DNA of 64,000 nucleotides from Kudoa neothunni. Its lineage: Eukaryota; Animalia; Cnidaria. Location of the stretch: the NCBI GenBank assembly GCA_964304625.1, contig OZ199840.1, positions 1,256,733-1,320,732 on the forward strand, in the 5' to 3' direction. The notes beneath the pieces are model-generated. The model was not told where the DNA came from. It did no database searches and was given only the letters and a program-made list of their open reading frames with translations. A program made the translations under genes and the position numbers. Numbering within the stretch: position 1 is the first letter of the stretch; each line of letters begins with the position of its first letter. Of this stretch, positions 57,278-64,000 are shown piece after piece.

Positions 57278-58600
57278 CCCTCCAACGATTTTGGAGTAAA
57301 TTTTACCCCAAAATGATTTTGTATTGAGCACATCTCTTTTTTTCAGTTATTAAATCCCACCAAATTTTCGTTATTCCTGGAACATGTATTGATTTACTTT
57401 TACTAAACAAATTGGTAAAAACTGATGAAAAGAAAAAATTTTATTTAAATATTATCCTCTAAGTTTATTGTTTATTTAAGGGTAAAATTCCCCCCATTTT
57501 TTTATTAGTTTAATATTAAGAGTATCTTGTAAATAATCAAATAATAAATTATTAGTTAAATCAAACGAGTAGATTTGAAGAAAACAGTGAATAAAATGAC
57601 TAGTTGGGACAATGTGCATGTGTGCGCAATGCATAATTCTAAATAAATGACGCGAGTGATTTCATTGGCGAATATACCTCATTTGGGAGCGAATTTGACG
57701 ATAAAATTATTGATAGGAGTGATATATCGGGCGAAGAAATAGATCCCATAGATATTAATGATAATACTTTAAAAAATAAAAACGGAATTATTTGGAGTTT
57801 ATCAAAGTCACCTACTAGAAAAAACTGTGCCGAAAATATAGTGAATTCCATCCTTAGTACCACTTCATATGTTGTATCAAAAATAAAATCATTCATTGAT
57901 CGTTGTTGTTAAATATTCCCTCAGAATTCGATAGTATTATCATTAAGTATACAAAAATACAAAATACGTTTGGAATTAACCATTTCAATGATGAGTGACA
58001 TGATACCAATAAAATTGAATTATCGATGCGCCTAAAAATTTTAAACCTCATACGATAATGCATTACAATGCAACCAAGAGTGGGGTTGATAATGTGGATA
58101 GAATGTTGGCATCAATTTCTACCAAGTTGTTTAAAAGAAGATGGCCAATTTTCATCTTTGTTAACATGATTGATGCATTTGCATTATTCAGTGACATATA
58201 ATTCAGAGAAAAAATTAAGGGGAAATTTTCTGAAAGAGATTTCTGAAGAATTGTTCAATTCAATGTGAATAGAACCTCCGGAAAAGTCATCAAAAGAAAT
58301 TTAAATAAATGATGTATTCTAATAAAGAACCAAGTTTAAATAAAAAATCGTCTAGCTGAGATTATTGTGAAAGATAAAATGATAAGAGTAACTCTAACTG
58401 GTGTCATAATCGAGATTAGTTTGAGATTATTTGGTGTAATTAATACAATATTCCAATGATTCTATTCGTTTAGATTTAATCATATTTTGTATTCCTAAAT
58501 TAATTATTTTTTTACACACATTGGCACAATAAAAAAGTGGTGTAATTTTTACCCCAAAAATGTTACAGGAGTGTCGTTTTTGTTTGAGATCGTTATAGGG
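57278..58600 (+). mobile_element. Internally deleted piggyBac transposon
   Basis: TTAA|CCCTCCAACGAT ... ATCGTTATAGGG|TTAA, with remnant YNATKSGVDNVDRML...RRWPIFIFVNMID at about 58064-58180. Confidence 0.88.
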
Positions 58601-59928
58601 TTAATTCAAAAAATTAACGTAGAAATAAGCCTGACTATTATTACATAAAAAATTGCATATCGACAAATTTTAAAATTTAAAATTACACCGTAACTATAAA
58701 CCAAAGCTATTTTTATTTAATTCTTAGATCTAATGGTACATTTCACGTAGGATTTGTTACATCGAAATTTTGAATGAGCTACACCTTATCATATTATCAT
58801 ATATAGTTCGAATACATATTTCATTTTCTCATCGGAAAAGAGTGCGAGTTCGATTTGAGTCTGAAAATTAGTTGTTATAAAGCATGTTCTGATTGGTTTA
58901 CGCATTTTATGGAAACCCACGATGAAACTCTTCAGCATAAGACCAAAACTTTCTAAACACTTCAAACAGATTATAGAATAAAATATTTAATTTCTATTGA
59001 TTTTCCAATTGTCTAAGATAACTGAACTCTCGATTATAGTCTAATAAGATGAATAAGAAGCATTGACGAAATACCTACGTCGATATATATGCGTGGGAAC
59101 CAAATAATTTTAAACACTTAAAAATTAAACTTTTAGCAGCTAGAAATTTTAATGAAAAAAATACATTTCATTTTCTTTTAACATGTACCAAAGATAACAT
59201 TAAATTCTATCTATTTTGGATTTAAGCAATAAATTCCCCCCTCAGTTTGTAATGACGATAGAGTCTAAATTTAAAATCAATTTTTCAAATATTGAATCCA
59301 TCTGTTATAAATAACAAATAAAATTTTGCCTTTTTTAAAGAACTATTCTTATAAGCAACAAATAAAAATTAAAATATGGTCTGATTTAATAGTAAAATGC
59401 GAATCAATAGAACCTAATCTATAGAAGCATCTTATATCCGACACATATACGATAGATGATATTTAGACCTAACTACTCATGAAAGTTTATTTATACTTTA
59501 GCACTTCCTACAAACTTTAACTGAAGTTTATTTAAAAATTTGATTATTTCGATTATTTTATAACTGTTCGCTTTCAGACATCAAAAATAATACAAATAAA
59601 AGCATGGTAAAAAATATCTTAATTTAAAAACAATCTAAACGTACACAAATAAAACTATGTCAAATGTTTGTATAGTTGAACTGCATTCCGAAGTCTAATT
59701 TTTCATGAAGCAAGTGAGCATAAAAATAAATAACATTAGTGTTGATTGAGTATAATTTTTTCAAGCCAATAACAGTAGTTGAAATAGACATTAGAACGAA
59801 TTTTCAGAGATCGACGCAAACAGGGCGCCAAAAAGCGTAAATCGACCTGATCGCACGCAGTTCTACACATATGTATCCATCTCCGAGCTAAGCCGTTGAT
59901 TGCCGAAACTAGTTGAGTGCTGTTATAC

Positions 59929-60250
59929 ATGGGAGGGCCATACTTACCAGATCTTAGAAAGTAAATTTCGAATATTTCTGGCCAATTAATAATTTTTTTA
60001 GATTTATGGACAGAAAATTTGTCCGTAATCATCACAAACCAATAAAATATGATTGTTTAATAATTTTGGTGTAGTGGTTATGAACGGAGGCAGAAAAGTT
60101 TCAGGCCAACTGCTTGGATTTGATCAATTCCTTAATATAGTGTTAGAAGATGCTATTGAGGTGCCAAAAAATGGACCACCCGTTAAGATCGGTACGACGG
60201 TTATTAGAGGAAATTGCATTAATCGAATGGAAATCATGGAACGAATGTGA
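59929..60250 (+). CDS. SNRPG: Small nuclear ribonucleoprotein Sm G, 3 exons
   Basis: MGGPYLPDLRK|FMDRKFV|LVMNGGRKVSGQLLGFDQFLNIVLEDAIE...IGTTVIRGNCINRMEIMERM. Confidence 0.88.
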
Positions 60251-60418
60251 CGATAGATTTGTGTGGGATTTTAATTGTTGTATTGTTTTGGAGGTGTGTG
60301 TGTTGTATTCTGTCATGTTTATGTACTCATGTTCAGTTAATAAAAATGCGCGGCGCAACTAAATCGAATAAAATTAATAGACAGTTAAAGTGAGTCGGTG
60401 GAGGGGGTTTGTTAAAAA

Positions 60419-62036
60419 CTAAGTTGAAATATCTCTAACGGCGTGGACAAAAACTTTAACTTTTTCGGGGTCAACGTCGGGATATACGCCGTGCCCCAGG
60501 TTGGCAATGTAACGTACATCCTTAAATTTGTGGACCATTTGTTGGGTGGCACTTTTTAAGGCATCATCCTAATTTAAAGTTACACCGAGTTAATTGATTT
60601 AAATGTTAACAGTTACCGAAGAAGTGTACAAACACGCAGGATCCATGTTTCCCATGAGTGTTTTATTTTGGGCCTTAGCAAGTTTTCTACGAGAGCACCA
60701 ACTTAGGATAACAAAAATCAACTTACAATATTACATTAGATCTTCATCAATATTTATAGTCCAATCGAGTGCAATCACATCAAACGTACTTTCGAGTAGG
60801 TCTCGAATGGCGTAATGTGCGCCTTTGGCAAAAATAATCTAAATCCAACAAATGTAGTAGGAGGTTTGGGCATAAGGTTGAGATTTTTACTAGTGGCACA
60901 TCCCAGCCGACTACTGATTTGACCTCACGGGCGACCATTTCAAGAAACGGAAGGGAGTATTTTTTGAAGAGTTGTAGGTTCAAGATATCAGCATGACTTT
61001 CGAAAAGCATAAGGATCTGAGCCCCAGCTTTATGTTGACACACCAACAATTGAATAATAGCTTTTGACAGAAGAGTAAGCAATTGTAAACTTGGTTGTTC
61101 GTGTTGGTAAAGCCAACGACGGGACGAAGTAAAACTACGAGCGCCTCCAGCTGCGTTTCTTTGATCAGTCATATATGCCATCAAAGTCCACTACAGGGAA
61201 TCACCTGAGAAAAAAATTATGCGAAATTTATTAATACTGCAGCTCCGGTGAATCCAATAAGTGGACATTGACCATTCAAGACATGTCTGGTTAGGCAGAT
61301 TGATTTTTTCAAATAATCAAACTGGACATCTGGATCAAAGTCGAAATCCAGTGTCTACCAAGAACAAAAGCTAATCCAAAACTCAACCACTACAAGAAAT
61401 AAAGAACCTTAATGTCTTCCGGCTCAATCAATACATTTGGAAGATGGGGTCCCTAGAACACATCCACATAAACTGAACCCACAAATTAATTATCTATATA
61501 CAACTCCCGGCAACATTTGAACTTCCATTCCAACTGCCTAAATAAGCCGAATGATTAGAGTAGAGTAGACTACAATACATAATGTCGTATACTTGACACA
61601 GAATTAAAATATCACTAAAAATAATAGCTGCATCCATGTGATATCGTTCTATGGGCTAAATGAGAAGTAGAACACATTCACACCCTAGCAACATTAGATT
61701 GCAATCACCTGTAAAGTGATAGTGCATGCTAGCTGAGGAGTCTTTACCATAGTAAAAAAATCAGCTGTTTTTCTTATCTCCCGAAATTCTTAATTAGTGA
61801 AAATTTAATCATTTCTTATGTAAACAATAGACTAACTAATTATAACTACATACCAGGAAGATATCTCCCAGCCTGTCGCATCATCCAAACCGGAGTACGC
61901 TCAACTTCCTCACCTTAATTATTTGACCTCACACACCCTATCTATCAATCTCAGCAATTCTACCAGTTATAACTCTAAGTATGAGATTATTTTTAAGCGG
62001 AGGCCATGGTTTGTATCTCATATTTTCGTAATCCAT
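60419..62036 (-). CDS. UROD: Uroporphyrinogen decarboxylase, multi-exon
   Basis: TPVWMMRQAGRYLPE, DAAIIFSDIL, PLIGFTGAAWTLMAYM, AGAQILMLFESHA, IIFAKG, GNMDPA and YIANLGHGVYP. Confidence 0.95.
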
Positions 62037-62184
62037 TGTTAGATCACTAGAACACACATGGAAAATTGCTGAACATAATTTTTAAAACCCTCTTGTCGAA
62101 TGGTGATCACTAGCACTCATTGCAGTGTCGGTCGCACGCATATTTAAAGTGATAAGACGGCGGTTCTGTTTATAGATAACAAAT

Positions 62185-63099
62185 ATGGTCAAAGTCCGCA
62201 TCGATAATATCACTGTGGCTAATAGTGAAGGAAAAATTAATGATCGTTTCTCATTTGAGATAGTATTTGAAGCGTTTGAGAATTTGAATGAAGGTAGAAT
62301 ACCGCATAAATATCCTCAATTTACTTTTGAGACGTGATAACTACCATTTTTACTGATACAATGGTAGATATTGAATGGAAGTTAATATATGTCGGTTCGG
62401 CAGCCAATGAAAAGTATGATCAACAATTGGAAAGTGTTTTGGTTGGACCGATTCCATGTGGAGTTCACAAGTTTGTATTAGAAGTGTGTTGTTGGATAAC
62501 AGATCGTTGTTGCGTCATTAGGTGTTAATATTCAATTTTTGCTTAGAGTGATGCGCCAAAATGGGAACTCATTCCCAAAAATGATATTCTGGGATACACT
62601 GTCGTAATGCTAACATCCAGTTATTTGAACCAAGAATTCTGCCGTGTTGGATACTACGTGATCAATGAGTATGTGGATGAGGAGTTGCGTGAGAATCCTC
62701 CATCACCTCCCATATACGATAAGGTTGTTATTGTCGGTGGTGTTTATTTCGACGATTTGTTCACACATAGATTGTACGAAAAATTATCTCATCCGATCCT
62801 AGAGTAACCATTTTCCCCATCAAATGGTCCATTGGTGATACCAACGAATTCCCTTCAATATCCAATGAAAATTCGATGCATAACAATGAAGGTAACAAAG
62901 CACCTGATTAGTATAACTTTTCATGTGCCATCCAGAAACAAATGATGATGAAGCCGATGTTTATGTGGACAACAATGATGGTGACGATAATTTGTCCAAT
63001 GATGATGAAGATGAAGATGATGACGAGGAAGAAGAAGAAGAAGATAACGACGACGACGAAGGATCTGACAAAAGCGCTGATCTTGACGATGAACCTTAG
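62185..63099 (+). CDS. ASF1: Histone H3/H4 chaperone ASF1 with acidic tail, 5 exons
   Basis: [48 protein letters not shown] and [10 protein letters not shown], followed by a D/E-rich last exon ending TAG 63099. Confidence 0.95.
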
Positions 63100-64000
63100 T
63101 GTTAGTGTACCAAGCTGTTGTAAAACCCCACATTCCAATTCCAGGTTATTTTGTGACATAGTTGTTAATTTATCTGCAATATTCAAATTTTTGTTAAATA
63201 TCTTGTTAGGTTTTATCTAGCACCCTTTTTAAAAAACATTTTCCCATTTGTATTTACTCAATTTTAATAAAATATCACGGCTGGTCTTAAAATAATTATA
63301 ATTTCTTTAAAAAAGCTGTGGTTAATTCTAGATGAGTTTTTATGTTGAATATTTTTCGCTCCTATGAATGCATCTTCTCTCAGTGTTTTAAGTTATAACA
63401 AACTTCTCTAAGGCTTATATTAAATTTAAGTTCCTGGCCTGTCACATCGATCATCTGATTAATTTGATATGCATTATGTATCGCTTTGCTATCTCGTGCA
63501 TTACACTACGCTCACGTCTTTACAGTTACGCGGTTGTCCTAATTTCTAATTACTGTTTTTAAATGTCTCATGTAACATTTGTCATCTTACGTGAAATATT
63601 AAAATTCATAGTGTTCATGTATCATATGTTTTCGTATCATCATGTCAACATTATTATTAAGTTGACATTTACTTATATTATATTTTATTATATTATATAT
63701 TAATTAATTAATTAATTTTTATAGGAAAGGCCATTGACACGGATCGTAATATCCAGGTAGGTATAATTTTGACTGTACTTAACTAAACACAGCAGATTCT
63801 AAAAATTAACTTTATATATCAACTAACTATAAATTGAGATGCCGAGATTAAAAACTGATGACGCGCGTGCGAAGTTGGCATTTTGGTTTAAGAAATCCCG
63901 TGTCAATAGTCATTGCCACTTTTGTACTAATAGTCGTTGTATTTTATGTCATCGCTCAAGAGAATTTTATTGATATTTTTACGCTCGTAGGAAGGATCCA

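Noticed and set aside
62908-63220. ORFs with poly-His, poly-Met/Lys or hydrophobic runs
   Set aside because: These are alternate-frame and antisense readings of the ASF1 GAY/GAR acidic tail.
1-64000. CRISPR arrays, rRNA, operons or an alternative genetic code
   Set aside because: No repeat-spacer arrays or rRNA motifs were seen. Apart from the SPS2 Sec codon, in-frame stops are explained by introns or transposon decay, and all three stop codons occur as terminators.

Overview
This is an AT-rich eukaryotic window with many short (mostly about 40-65 nt) introns. The proteins are animal-like but strongly diverged, which would fit a reduced parasite such as a myxozoan cnidarian (inference only). 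Genes reconstructed by manual splicing: a DOCK1-5-type Rac GEF (-), exosome RRP41/EXOSC4 (-), a divergent forkhead factor (+), glucosidase II beta PRKCSH (-), selenophosphate synthetase SPS2 (-), PDCD5 (+), a KCTD5-like BTB protein (-), an unknown coiled-coil protein (+), GFAT (+), SmG (+), UROD (-) and ASF1 (+). PDCD5 and the KCTD5-like gene are absent from the ORF track. Intergenic DNA and the large introns hold decayed DNA transposons (MULE, piggyBac, hAT, Tigger, a Helentron-like element) and a tRNA-derived SINE-like repeat. The best-supported highlight is a complete Sec-recoding cassette in SPS2: in-frame UGA at codon 25, an SRE-like hairpin 11 nt downstream, a type II SECIS, and a UGA-AAA-UAA tandem stop just before the SECIS. 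Other leads are an unexplained GC-rich structured island near 20.9-21.1 kb, a forkhead recognition helix lacking the conserved His, a yeast-like acidic ASF1 tail, a GC-AG intron, and recurring NRF1-like motifs in promoters and transposon ends. No clearly new biological system could be established from sequence alone. Exon boundaries are manual and approximate.
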